Source: a virus (taxonomy: Duplodnaviria > Heunggongvirae > Uroviricota > Caudoviricetes). From it: 64,000 nucleotides of DNA. The notes below the pieces were generated by a model that was given only the letters and a program-made list of their open reading frames with translations, searched no databases and was not told the origin of the DNA. Position 1 is the stretch's first letter. Each line of letters opens with the position of its first letter. The position numbers and the translations under genes are program-made. The stretch is from the IMG/VR virus record IMGVR_UViG_2925939204_000001, one strand, 5' to 3'. Of this stretch, positions 1-9,303 are shown piece after piece.

Positions 1-191
1 TGGTTATAGCAGAAAAATTGGCTATGCCTAATGACCGGCACAAGGTCATAGCCAGCCTCGATCTGGTGACAAACAGATACTGGGAAACAGAGGAACTACA
101 TGAGGCGGGAGTAATTCGTGACCTGATGGAGAATTCCGTTCCCCGCCGCTATCGTGCAGGGAACGGCATCTCCGTGGTTAAAGGTGTTTAA
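1..191 (+). CDS. 3' end of a gene truncated by the window edge, unknown function
   Basis: Open frame from window start to TAA at 189-191 (..RYRAGNGISVVKGV*); no recognisable motif. Confidence 0.3.
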   Translation, partial: VIAEKLAMPNDRHKVIASLDLVTNRYWETEELHEAGVIRDLMENSVPRRYRAGNGISVVKGV

Positions 192-580
192 AGCTCACCT
201 GCGCGCTGTTTTTCAAGCACAGATTTAACATTTGGCGCTTTCCCTTTAAAAGAATGGAAAGTGCCACATTTTTCTGTTTTAACCTCGCGCAGAGCTTCGC
301 CATCGGCGTTCTGCCATTGATGGGATAATGTCATATCACCGCGAGAAGGAACATCCAGCGAGTACAGCGTGTAAGTTCCCCCCATCTCCGCATACTCCTG
401 GAACACATAGCTCATTACGTCAGATTCAGTTTTTCGGTGTGCGTTATCAACCTTATTCCCATTCAGAAATATGGCATCTGGATAGATTTTTATATCAAAC
501 CTACCGCACTTAACTTGTAAATTTCCGGCGCTCGCGATCAAAGGGAAAGACGCCAGTAAAGCAATAGCCAATCTTTTCAA
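188..580 (-). CDS. small secreted/periplasmic protein, unknown function
   Basis: ORF track; N-terminal signal-peptide-like MKRLAIALLASFPLIASA, two Cys in mature part. Confidence 0.5.
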   Translation of the reverse strand: MKRLAIALLASFPLIASAGNLQVKCGRFDIKIYPDAIFLNGNKVDNAHRKTESDVMSYVFQEYAEMGGTYTLYSLDVPSRGDMTLSHQWQNADGEALREVKTEKCGTFHSFKGKAPNVKSVLEKQRAGEL

Positions 581-600
581 TTCTGCCTCCGCTGCGTAAC

Positions 601-1224
601 TTATTGCCCGTATTTTTTACACCATTGCTCTGCCATTTGTTTGGCTAAAGGCCCGGCTACTGCACTGTATTCTGCTGTTTTACTTTGCACACATGAAGCA
701 GATGGTTTTTTATTTCGCTGCTCGGTTAGTTTGCGCTCATAAGCCATCATGCTATCGAACCCGGCAATATCACTTTGGCGAAGCATTCCCTTTTTAACCA
801 AAAATTGCTGCCCCTCGGGCACCAGCGCAAGCATAAAAAGTGGTTGTAATAACTCACCTAATCCTTGCTGGCGATACACTTCGAATTGCTGCCATCCCTG
901 ACTTAATCTGGAAAGAGTATCTTTGGTTGAATAACCTGTTTTTGTTATAGCTTTGTCCGTCAGATATGCTGTATATGCAAAAACGCAAAAGTCAGTTTTA
1001 CCAATAAACTGAGTTCCAACAGGCCGTAATGGAATGCCCTCTCTCTTGCAAAAGTCCATAATTGCCGCTTGTGAATGATCCCCACCAGCGTTATTCATAA
1101 CCTGCTGCCCTGCCCTGAATTGTGCAGGTAACGCAGTTGCATTGGCTGTATTAACAGATACGCATCCCAACATAGCCGCGAGCGCGGTCCCTAAAACCCT
1201 TAACTTCACTACACCGTCCTTCAT
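601..1224 (-). CDS. secreted/periplasmic protein, unknown function
   Basis: ORF track; hydrophobic signal-like N-terminus (LRVLGTALAAMLGCVSVNTANA); co-directional with 188..580. Confidence 0.5.
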   Translation of the reverse strand: MKDGVVKLRVLGTALAAMLGCVSVNTANATALPAQFRAGQQVMNNAGGDHSQAAIMDFCKREGIPLRPVGTQFIGKTDFCVFAYTAYLTDKAITKTGYSTKDTLSRLSQGWQQFEVYRQQGLGELLQPLFMLALVPEGQQFLVKKGMLRQSDIAGFDSMMAYERKLTEQRNKKPSASCVQSKTAEYSAVAGPLAKQMAEQWCKKYGQ

Positions 1225-1439
1225 GTAAACAAAATGAAGTTTTATGTTACAAAAACAATCAACTACATCAACATGATTTAGGCCAAATTTCGGTCAAAAA
1301 ATAAAATCCACAAAAAGTGGTTGACACTATTTTGGAAATCACAAACTGCACATAATCCATCGCGCTAACGGCTCCCGTTGAAGGTTCTTTTGACGATTAA
1401 CTTTCAGCCGAAGCGCGGTAGGGAGTCATAACGCCAAAG

Positions 1440-1466
1440 CAGGCCGCCATGTGCGGCCTTTTTTTG
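1440..1466 (+). terminator. rho-independent terminator hairpin (GGCCGC-CATGT-GCGGCC then T7) about 26 nt before the next start codon
   Basis: Perfect 6-bp GC stem plus TTTTTTT read directly at 1442-1465. Confidence 0.55.
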
Positions 1467-1492
1467 TATCCGTCATCCGTGGAGGAAGGACA

Positions 1493-2146
1493 ATGGAAAA
1501 GATCGCAATATTCAGCCTGACCACCAGCAAGCCTCAAATGCTCACTGCAATACTGAAAGACGGTGCTCTCATTATTAACGAAGTAAAACCCCTTCCCGCG
1601 TCAGCATTGGAGCAAAAGCAAAAAATTCCTCCAGCCATAGCAGCCCTGCGGAAAAGCAAATTTAAGGTACTGGTAGACGAAATTACGCCAACGATCTCCG
1701 CTGGCACCGGAGCAAGCCAGGTGACTCTCAAGACCCGTCATGCCGATGGCAGAGCAGCAATCATCGTCGGGATGGAAAGATACAGAGAGTTAAAACTCCA
1801 GAAGCTATTATCCCTGCCGCAAAATAACAAAGGTGCTTTCGAAATCCCCGACTCTATCGTTGATACCGAATACAACGGTAACGGAGAAGAAGTCTACAGG
1901 GTGAACTGGCAGGATATCAGGCCGGAGCATATTCTGATGATCCTGTGTTGCTACGCGACCGTATACCACAACGTTGCCAGTGCGGATTACGTAGAGCAGA
2001 TGACCGGTACAGTCGATAAAGAGCAAAAAACAGGCATACTCGCTTCGTTCCTTTCCATTATTGGGCATGAAAAAGTTAAAGCAGGCACCTCCCAGCCAAA
2101 GTCACTGGCTGGGAAAGAAGTTGATGAAGATACCGTGATACTTTGA
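1493..2146 (+). CDS. hypothetical protein (about 217 aa)
   Basis: ATG at 1493 preceded by GGAGGAAGG; the ORF track start at 1451 is a GTG inside the terminator and is rejected. Confidence 0.55.
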   Translation: MEKIAIFSLTTSKPQMLTAILKDGALIINEVKPLPASALEQKQKIPPAIAALRKSKFKVLVDEITPTISAGTGASQVTLKTRHADGRAAIIVGMERYRELKLQKLLSLPQNNKGAFEIPDSIVDTEYNGNGEEVYRVNWQDIRPEHILMILCCYATVYHNVASADYVEQMTGTVDKEQKTGILASFLSIIGHEKVKAGTSQPKSLAGKEVDEDTVIL

Positions 2147-2474
2147 TCACATTAGTAGCTTTGTTAACTCCCTCAATACCAGGTAGAAGAGTAACAAAAA
2201 TATTGACGCGAGTATTTGAGTGGTCAATGAAGCGTTCATAAACAGATCAATTAGCATTAATAATTCGAAGATAACATCCATGTCATTCACTCCGTTTAAT
2301 TTTTAATCTAATGCCAGCAAATGAAGCTGGCCCCCGCATAAAGATTAATGAAAGTCACTTGTCACCAGTGAGGGGATTTATGAACCACATCCCCCTGAAC
2401 TGGTGGCCTGTCTGTTTCTCGCATTTCACACCCTGCATACAGTTTCCCCCAGGTTATGACTGAGAGGCTTTGTT

Positions 2475-2804
2475 ATGGGCTATAGCAGACTCGACGATAG
2501 GTACATTGAAGACGATATTTTTCGTGCGCTGTTTCACCAGGAAATGATTAAGCGGGTATCGGAGTATCACTCTGATAATTTCCAGTACACGATAAAGATT
2601 GATGAAGTATATCGTTCAGACCTTGCAGCCTACAGGGCGTATGGCAATGCAGATTTGCGCTGGGTATTCCGGGTGCTGGTGGGCCATGAGTCAGAAATGG
2701 AAGAAATGCCCGCCGGGACCACGTTAACTCTTCCTGATGTGGCATGGCTGAGGAACAAGATCCGTGATTACGCGAGCGCGGAACCGGAGATAGAAAATGC
2801 CTGA
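2475..2804 (+). CDS. hypothetical protein, translationally coupled to the next gene
   Basis: ORF track; ATGCCTGA overlap with the 2797 start. Confidence 0.5.
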   Translation: MGYSRLDDRYIEDDIFRALFHQEMIKRVSEYHSDNFQYTIKIDEVYRSDLAAYRAYGNADLRWVFRVLVGHESEMEEMPAGTTLTLPDVAWLRNKIRDYASAEPEIENA

Positions 2805-3990
2805 TTTCCTGAAAAACCAGGACGGGCGCTATATCACTGACGGCCTGTCCTCTAAGGACTTCACGCGTTTATTCGAGCTTATCAGGAAAGAACAAACCCG
2901 TAAGCGCCGACAAGCTCACCGGACGCTGACGCCAGGTAGACTGAGGAACAAATCCGCCGAAGATATTCTCAAGTTAGGGAAGAAAAAAGGCGGCACGTTC
3001 TTCACGCGAGACGACCTGAAAGGTTTCGAAAAGCTACGGAGTAAAACGCGCGAAAAATATGACAGCAAGACGGCTGGCATCACATACGCCCAGCTGGTGG
3101 CATCCAGCCAGGCAATCGATATTAAGCGTGCAAATAACGCCGTGGATGACGGATCTGGTATCAAAAGAGCTACACCCGTATCTCTTCGCCACAACGTGAT
3201 TAATATCCGCGTAGAAGCATCGGATATATCCGTCCACCAGCACCATATCGTCCGGATACGCTTTGAAGAATGGGATCAGATGGTCGATAACATCGCAGAA
3301 GACGATAAATCAGCTCTGAAAATCACTAAATCACTGTGCGCCGGGCGGGTGTCTTTCGATTGTGACTGTGGTCGTCATCAATACTGGTATCGTTACATCG
3401 CTACTGCGGGTAACTTTGCCCTGGCCCCGCCAAAAGAATACGCCTATCCAAAAGTTCGCAACCCGAAGCTGCAAGGCGTCGCCTGTAAACACGTGATCCA
3501 CTCAATGACGCGGTTACAGTCCGCCAGTTGGCAAATGAGTATTGCTCGTGCGCTACAAAAGGCTGCAACGCAAATTGCATTTGGTGACGATCGCCGCCGT
3601 ACAACCAAACACTTCTCAAAAGAAGACGAGAAGGAGTTTAATCGCAATCGTAGCAGTAAAACGAACGTTGAAGCCGCCAAACGCGAATGGAGGCTCTATC
3701 AGAAGCGCCAGGCAGCTTTAAGTACAAAACTGGCAAAGGACAACGGCAAGATCGACAAACTACGTGACCAATTGACCAAGGCCAGAAAGTTGTCAGATGC
3801 ACAGAAAAAACGGGCGGCAGCAAAAGAAGCGGCCTTGCAACGTGAGAAACAGAAAAACAAGGAGCTTCAGCAACGCCTTGCCGATCAGTTCGCACTGAAG
3901 AAGCAGGCGTTCATTGATGCGCTTGTCATGGCTGGAACACCACCAGCACAAGCTGAAAAAATGTTCATGGAGTATGTAAAAAAAGCATAA
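2797..3990 (+). CDS. SWIM-type zinc-finger protein with a highly charged coiled-coil C-terminus
   Basis: CxCx(n)CxH pattern FDCDCGRHQYW...GVACKHVIH; K/R/E-rich C-terminal 120 aa. Confidence 0.5.
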   Translation: MPDFLKNQDGRYITDGLSSKDFTRLFELIRKEQTRKRRQAHRTLTPGRLRNKSAEDILKLGKKKGGTFFTRDDLKGFEKLRSKTREKYDSKTAGITYAQLVASSQAIDIKRANNAVDDGSGIKRATPVSLRHNVINIRVEASDISVHQHHIVRIRFEEWDQMVDNIAEDDKSALKITKSLCAGRVSFDCDCGRHQYWYRYIATAGNFALAPPKEYAYPKVRNPKLQGVACKHVIHSMTRLQSASWQMSIARALQKAATQIAFGDDRRRTTKHFSKEDEKEFNRNRSSKTNVEAAKREWRLYQKRQAALSTKLAKDNGKIDKLRDQLTKARKLSDAQKKRAAAKEAALQREKQKNKELQQRLADQFALKKQAFIDALVMAGTPPAQAEKMFMEYVKKA

Positions 3991-3997
3991 ACCACAC

Positions 3998-4034
3998 ATA
4001 GCCTAGCTGCCTAGGCTAGGCTTTCATCTTTTTG
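3998..4034. terminator. hairpin AGCCTAG-ctgc-CTAGGCT followed by a T-tract, between convergent genes
   Basis: Inverted repeat at 4000-4017 then ...tttcatctttttg. Confidence 0.45.
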
Positions 4035-4752
4035 AAAAATCAATTTCCGTTTTATCAAATAAATTTGAAATATCAGCAACCAATTTATTAAAATCATGAT
4101 CGCCATTATAAAGCGAAGTCTTCTTTATTGCCATTACAAAATCATATAACTTTTCTGGGGAGTCAATACCAACCCCTCTACTTTTAAAAAGCTCAATGAT
4201 AACTCCAACATCATCATATAATAACTTTATTGCCGCCATAATCTCTTTTTGCTGCCTAAGCAATCTCTCAAGTTCATTTTTATTTTCATCCATAATTCTT
4301 TTGTTGAATTGTGTATCATTAATACTTTTTATTATTTCAGCCTCTTTTATTTGCAACGCCTTTCTTTTATTTTGATCCATGTCAGCATCCAAATACCTTA
4401 TCTCTGTGTATATTTTACTTGTTAGCTTTGATACGCAAAGAGTGACAATCGGAGCTGCAATTGATGCAATAATTCCAAAAATAAATGGCAAGAAAAAATG
4501 ATAAAACCAAGGAGACAAAACGCCTTCATAAACTAGAGGAATCTTACCTCCAACAAATGTTACAGATAAAGTATATAGGATATCATCCTTTGACTTCATC
4601 AATATTAGTATATCTTTCCAATTAATAATTAGAAAAGAAATTAATATATATGCAAACACTTTATTAAAAAGCTTGTCTTTTATGGCATCTCCAAAAGATA
4701 CTTTGATTAGATCATTTTCAGTCAATTTTTCTGTTGATGAATCTGTATTCAT
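4024..4752 (-). CDS. AT-rich membrane protein (two predicted TM helices) with cytoplasmic coiled-coil; candidate abortive-infection/exclusion effector
   Basis: Strongly AT-rich coding region versus neighbours; hydrophobic segments VFAYILISFLIINW and WFYHFFLPFIFGIIASIAAPIVTLCV; K/E-rich heptad C-terminus. Confidence 0.5.
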   Translation of the reverse strand: MNTDSSTEKLTENDLIKVSFGDAIKDKLFNKVFAYILISFLIINWKDILILMKSKDDILYTLSVTFVGGKIPLVYEGVLSPWFYHFFLPFIFGIIASIAAPIVTLCVSKLTSKIYTEIRYLDADMDQNKRKALQIKEAEIIKSINDTQFNKRIMDENKNELERLLRQQKEIMAAIKLLYDDVGVIIELFKSRGVGIDSPEKLYDFVMAIKKTSLYNGDHDFNKLVADISNLFDKTEIDFSKR

Positions 4753-4814
4753 ATAAACTACCGTGATTTCTAATATCTATTTTATGAAAATAGCTGTCAT
4801 CCAGACCGCCAAAC

Positions 4815-5174
4815 TCAAATACCAACCAAGCTTTCAAGAGGAATGCCAAACTGGGAATGTAAACGGCGAATCATAGGTAACGTCAAATTTCGTGTCCCAT
4901 TTAGCACTTCGTAAACACGATTTGACTTACCAATCGCCGGCTCCAGATCCTTCACGGTCAGCCCTTGCTGTTCCATACGGAATTTAATGGCCTCAATAGG
5001 TGATGGTGGCTCAATTGGGTAATGTTTTTTCTCGTACTCCTCAATGAGAAGACTCATAACCTCAAAGAAATCACCTTCCGGAGTATTCATTTCCGGTTCG
5101 TTATCGAACATCGGTTCGACCGCACGCAGTGCGGCCTCATAATCTTGTTCTGTACGGATAGGTTTAATGTTCAT
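4815..5174 (-). CDS. HigA-like HTH regulator/antitoxin (N-terminal domain plus C-terminal HTH, YgjM/COG5499 architecture), no cognate toxin adjacent
   Basis: C-terminal segment GLTVKDLEPAIGKSNRVYEVLNGTRNLTLPMIRRLHSQFGIPLESL matches the HigA C-terminal HTH pattern. Confidence 0.55.
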   Translation of the reverse strand: MNIKPIRTEQDYEAALRAVEPMFDNEPEMNTPEGDFFEVMSLLIEEYEKKHYPIEPPSPIEAIKFRMEQQGLTVKDLEPAIGKSNRVYEVLNGTRNLTLPMIRRLHSQFGIPLESLVGI

Positions 5175-5186
5175 TAATTACAAAGG

Positions 5187-5220
5187 AAAGCCCACTTGCT
5201 AAGTGGGCTTTTTGTATGTG
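5187..5220. terminator. palindromic hairpin AAAGCCCACTT-gcta-AGTGGGCTTT separating higBA from the downstream HTH gene
   Basis: Perfect 10-bp inverted repeat flanked by U-rich sequence on both strands. Confidence 0.5.
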
Positions 5221-5230
5221 TTTTACTATA

Positions 5231-5569
5231 TCAGGCTGCTTTTTTATTCAGGTTCCGCTGAGAAATAAATTTTTCAGCAGTATTGATACGACTTAACTCT
5301 TCCTGGACGCGCATATCATTTTCGACTTCCCACAGATCTACTGCGGTCTGAAGATTAATCCAAAAATCTACAGAAGTATCGAATGCTTTTGCCAGGCGAT
5401 ATGCCATATCCATCGTTAGCTTACGATTGTTATTAACAAGAGCGCTTACGGTGTTACGATGAACATGAAGTATTTCTGCTAACTCGTTGATCTTCAGCTC
5501 TAACGGCTCCAGGTATTCGTACAGCAGGATATCACCTACGGTCGTCGGTTTTCTGGTTGCCTGTTTCAT
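5231..5569 (-). CDS. higA: HigA-family antitoxin (XRE HTH, COG3093-type)
   Basis: HTH region LAEILHVHRNTVSALVNNNRKLTMDMAYRLAKAFDTSVDFWINLQ; directly downstream of the HigB-like toxin. Confidence 0.75.
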   Translation of the reverse strand: MKQATRKPTTVGDILLYEYLEPLELKINELAEILHVHRNTVSALVNNNRKLTMDMAYRLAKAFDTSVDFWINLQTAVDLWEVENDMRVQEELSRINTAEKFISQRNLNKKAA

Positions 5570-5639
5570 TTTTTGCCCTTACTAGCGTGCGTATTAAGTG
5601 GACTCTGGTCAGAACCCGGTCCGTAACCGGGTATCTGTT

Positions 5640-5942
5640 TTAGTATTTGTGAGGGTCGAGATACAAGTCCTCGGCCTTTCCGTTAACCCACTTAAAAATT
5701 AACCTATATTGCTTATTCACCCTTACTGATGAATAGCCATTTAGCTTCCCTGACAGTTCCTCATACCGATTACCTGGTGGTGATCTTAAATCCTTACAGG
5801 TAGTTGCGGCATTGATAATGTCCAACTTCCGTGACAATGTCATATGAATATCAGGAGGTATCTTTCTATGTGGTGTTGAAAATTCAAAAAAATCATCAAG
5901 CCACGCATCCCTGAAATCCTTTATGTTAATTTTTTTGGTCAT
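5640..5942 (-). CDS. higB: HigB toxin (RelE/ParE fold, plasmid maintenance killer family)
   Basis: C-terminal pattern NRYEELSGKLNGYSSVRVNKQYRLIFKWVNGKAEDLYLDPHKY typical of HigB; toxin-upstream-of-antitoxin order. Confidence 0.8.
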   Translation of the reverse strand: MTKKINIKDFRDAWLDDFFEFSTPHRKIPPDIHMTLSRKLDIINAATTCKDLRSPPGNRYEELSGKLNGYSSVRVNKQYRLIFKWVNGKAEDLYLDPHKY

Positions 5943-6104
5943 TAGTCATTTGATCCTCCGTGATGATTACCGAATGCCATAACTATAGCGCACCGTTGCA
6001 CTGTGCGCAAGTGCATTTTATGAATTCCCCCTCCTTCATCCAAAATCACAATCTCCCGAAAATCTTCCTTTCGATACCTGACAGATCGACCTTTGAGGAT
6101 GCTT

Positions 6105-6896
6105 ATGGGCCGTTTTGACGAATGGTTTGCTGACGATGCAAACCTGGCAAGTAAGGAGTCAGAACATGACAGCACGCAGAGAGAAACGCCAGCGCCGATT
6201 GAAGCGAATGCAGGAGGCGCGCCGGAACATGGCAATACCGGTTCGGATTCATTCAGCATTCTGGAAGAGCAACCCGCCGCCAAAGCTGATAGCCATGATA
6301 ATTTTGCTGATAGCAACGGTGGCCTTACTCCGGATGCTGGCGAATCAGATATAGCCATACTTCCATCTTCCCTGGCTGGCAGAGAACCGACTCCACAGTT
6401 AAAAGCACGCTATAACGGGCATAAAGCCTTTAACGACCAAATCCGCGCAGACTGGATGCTGATTATTGAATCCAGCCCAGACGCGTTTCAGGCTCTCTTA
6501 TATCGACCAGATGTTGGCACATATGGGGTAGTCAGCGACGAAACAGGAGAAGAGTCATTCACTGAACTGGATAACAACCAACGCGAACTGACTTACCAGG
6601 AACCTGAAATCGTTTATGTGCTGGATAACCCTGACGGGCGTGACTCTTTCCATGCGATTGACGCAGACGGTGAGCAGGATGGCTTAACCGATGATGTTCT
6701 GATTCTGCGTATTGCAGCAAATAACGTCCCCGTCGGCTCAATTCTTGAATGGAATGAAGAGATGGTAAACGGCGTAGCGCGCCGCTGGTGGTACGTGCAC
6801 CGTATTTTTAGCTACGGCACACAGCATGTTGGTTCGCTTTACTACTGCATACCTGCCAGGAATTTTGATACGACTCAAAACGGAGTGATCGAATGA
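6105..6896 (+). CDS. phage protein with acidic low-complexity N-terminal half
   Basis: ORF track (6093); ATG at 6105 has better GAGG spacing. Confidence 0.5.
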   Translation: MGRFDEWFADDANLASKESEHDSTQRETPAPIEANAGGAPEHGNTGSDSFSILEEQPAAKADSHDNFADSNGGLTPDAGESDIAILPSSLAGREPTPQLKARYNGHKAFNDQIRADWMLIIESSPDAFQALLYRPDVGTYGVVSDETGEESFTELDNNQRELTYQEPEIVYVLDNPDGRDSFHAIDADGEQDGLTDDVLILRIAANNVPVGSILEWNEEMVNGVARRWWYVHRIFSYGTQHVGSLYYCIPARNFDTTQNGVIE

Positions 6897-7660
6897 CTTC
6901 AAATAAAACCCTCCTGGCGCGAACAGGTGAATGGCAAACCTCACGTACAGGAAAATTCCAGACCACGGGCTTTGAAAACGTGGATAACGCGTTTGCGACG
7001 CTAATCAGCAACATTTTTTCTGATATCTTACTGGTGGCCCCCGCGCCGGAAGAAAAACGCTTTGCGTCATTCCTGAATCGTCCACCAGCAGAGCGTGTCT
7101 ATGTGGCCCGTTTCGACAATGCGATCGAGTTTCTTAAAGCAGTTCGTCGCGCAAATGCCGGGCAAGGGAGAAAACCTGAAAACCAGAACATTAACCGGGA
7201 TGCTCTCCCCCTGGTCAATATCTCACGCACTATGGATATCAATTATATCAACGATGATCAGCAGATTGACCGCAAAAAAGTAGCCAGTTTTTGCGAACCG
7301 GATACCGGAATGCCTTTAGCAGAACTGGAATACACCCAGGCCATTCTGACGTATGACGTTACGTTAATGGCAACTGATAAAGCGACCATGAGTCTGATGT
7401 GTAATTCGCTGGGCGCACGGCTTCGCCTGATGACAGGTACACAATTTGAAGCAACCACTCACCTTGTTCGTGTCCCGGTCCCGCTGATTTGCTCGATACA
7501 GGATGCCAAAGAAGTCGGCTTTACGGATGTTTCAGCACCAATTGGAGAAGAGCGTATTTATGCCACACAAGCGCCGATAAGTGTGATTGCAGACGTGATC
7601 ACAGCATGGGAGTTGGACGCAAAACGTATTATTACCGAAACCTCGATATCTATGGGGTGA
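6893..7660 (+). CDS. phage structural protein (baseplate candidate)
   Basis: ORF track; overlapping-stop coupling within the 6105-9294 operon. Confidence 0.4.
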   Translation: MTSNKTLLARTGEWQTSRTGKFQTTGFENVDNAFATLISNIFSDILLVAPAPEEKRFASFLNRPPAERVYVARFDNAIEFLKAVRRANAGQGRKPENQNINRDALPLVNISRTMDINYINDDQQIDRKKVASFCEPDTGMPLAELEYTQAILTYDVTLMATDKATMSLMCNSLGARLRLMTGTQFEATTHLVRVPVPLICSIQDAKEVGFTDVSAPIGEERIYATQAPISVIADVITAWELDAKRIITETSISMG

Positions 7661-7663
7661 TAA

Positions 7664-8644
7664 GTGGCCCAGGAGTTACAACAATATTTTCTACAGTCAG
7701 TGCTCATTAACGATAACAAAGTGCCACGAGACTGGATTTTTACCGCAGTATATGTAGAAAAAACCAGCCTCAAAGCCCCTTTGCTAAAACTGGAAATTCA
7801 TGACGCTACCGGCACCGTAATTGATGACTGGAAAGCCAAATACGGTGCATCGCTGGTGGCTGAAATGGGCGATCCAAACGGTAATGCAGGCACTTTTAAA
7901 ACAGATTTCTTTGTTACGTCTGCAATGCTGGCTGGTGATGTTGTTACCGTTATTGCTGTCAGTGAAGACGTGCGCAGGTTTAAGATCCCCTCCCCGCGCA
8001 CAAATTTACATACCAACAAAACACCAGACGCTATATTCAAGGCATATTCCGGCAAACTTAAAATTACCAGCAGCGTGCTAAAACGCGCAGTTACATATCA
8101 TCTGAATGCCGGTGACAAACCGTCAAAAATGCTTTCGGAGATAGCGCGAGACAAAGGTGCATTGTGTTGGGTATGTCGGGGGGAATTTAACTTTTACACC
8201 CTGGCTGATCTGATGAAGCAAACGCCATCATTTACCTACGAGGGGAATAACCCTAAAGCAGAATACACTTTGTCCAAAATGCGCCTACTCCAACAGGAAC
8301 ATGCGACAACAGCAAAGAATCAATATCGTTTTGTTGGGTATTCCATGACCGATGGCTACGTCGAATATGGCGATAGCTCACTCCCAGTGCGTTATATATC
8401 CGACTCTGATATGGAAACTCTTCGCAATATGCAGCTGTCTCTCGTCCCCAAAATGGATATAGAAGTCGCAGGCAATCCTGATATAAAACCGGGGATGGTA
8501 ATAGAGATTATCGTATACCGCTATGACCAGGAAAACCGCATTGATGAATCAATGCCCCGTAAGCTGATAGTAAAAAATGTTGCGCACTTTGAGGACCGCG
8601 TAGGCTACACAACACGAATGATATTGGGAGTGCCTAACAAATGA
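7664..8644 (+). CDS. phage structural protein (baseplate candidate)
   Basis: ORF track; operon context. Confidence 0.4.
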   Translation: MAQELQQYFLQSVLINDNKVPRDWIFTAVYVEKTSLKAPLLKLEIHDATGTVIDDWKAKYGASLVAEMGDPNGNAGTFKTDFFVTSAMLAGDVVTVIAVSEDVRRFKIPSPRTNLHTNKTPDAIFKAYSGKLKITSSVLKRAVTYHLNAGDKPSKMLSEIARDKGALCWVCRGEFNFYTLADLMKQTPSFTYEGNNPKAEYTLSKMRLLQQEHATTAKNQYRFVGYSMTDGYVEYGDSSLPVRYISDSDMETLRNMQLSLVPKMDIEVAGNPDIKPGMVIEIIVYRYDQENRIDESMPRKLIVKNVAHFEDRVGYTTRMILGVPNK

Positions 8645-9294
8645 AGCGTAGAGCGCAAATTGTTGGAACTGTGCACCCGGCAGGGCTTATGCGTGCTCAA
8701 GTCCGTGTTTTACCTGACTGGAATGGCGTTCCTGATGACGATCTACCCTGGGCGGAATACCAGTTACCCATCGGGAACGCTTTTGTACCTACAGTCAAAG
8801 GTGACCTGGTCTGGGTAGAGTTTCCTTATTTAGATGTTAACGGTCGAATAGACACCAGACGCCCAATGATAGTTGGTGCCGCTCAGGATGCACCGGGAGG
8901 AATTCCAAACGTTGCACCAGAAGCATCTGGTAAAGGCAACGGCTGGACGCCGCCGGAAGTAGATGGAGCACCTCCCCGCCCCCAAATCTCAGCAACGAAA
9001 GACTTCGTTATTCACCGCAACAATATTCTTGAAGTACGAACTGCTGGTGGCGGCTATGAAATTGCCAATACGGCAGCAGGCTCAAGGATTGGCATGAATG
9101 AGTCCGGGCAGATATATATCATTGGTCCGGCTGATGTAATCGTGAATGCAGGAGGGAGTGTTAACGTCAAATCAGCCAACAACATCAATGTTAATGGGGA
9201 AAATATAGCTGTCACCGCTAACGGAGACATAGCTTTCAAGGCAGGAGGAACCTTTCAGGCCACTGCTGGCAACTTCGATTTCAAGAAAGGATAG
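8641..9294 (+). CDS. baseplate central spike protein (gpV-like)
   Basis: N-terminal OB-fold-like region and C-terminal repeated beta-helix motifs (NVNGENIAVTANGDIAFKAGGTFQATAGNFDF). Confidence 0.6.
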   Translation: MKRRAQIVGTVHPAGLMRAQVRVLPDWNGVPDDDLPWAEYQLPIGNAFVPTVKGDLVWVEFPYLDVNGRIDTRRPMIVGAAQDAPGGIPNVAPEASGKGNGWTPPEVDGAPPRPQISATKDFVIHRNNILEVRTAGGGYEIANTAAGSRIGMNESGQIYIIGPADVIVNAGGSVNVKSANNINVNGENIAVTANGDIAFKAGGTFQATAGNFDFKKG

Positions 9295-9303
9295 AAAATG
9301 CAC

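Noticed and set aside
1451-1492. GTG start at 1451 extending the 1493 gene
   Set aside because: The extension would begin inside the terminator hairpin; the ATG at 1493 has a strong GGAGGAAGG RBS.
2380-2463. 27-codon ORF with a GAGGGG RBS upstream of the 2475 gene
   Set aside because: Too short and unsupported to call; it could be a leader peptide but there is no conservation evidence.
5942-6358. 138-aa minus-strand ORF spanning the higB upstream region and the start of the 6105 gene
   Set aside because: It overlaps a promoter region and the antisense of a supported gene, with Ala/Ser-rich low-complexity translation.
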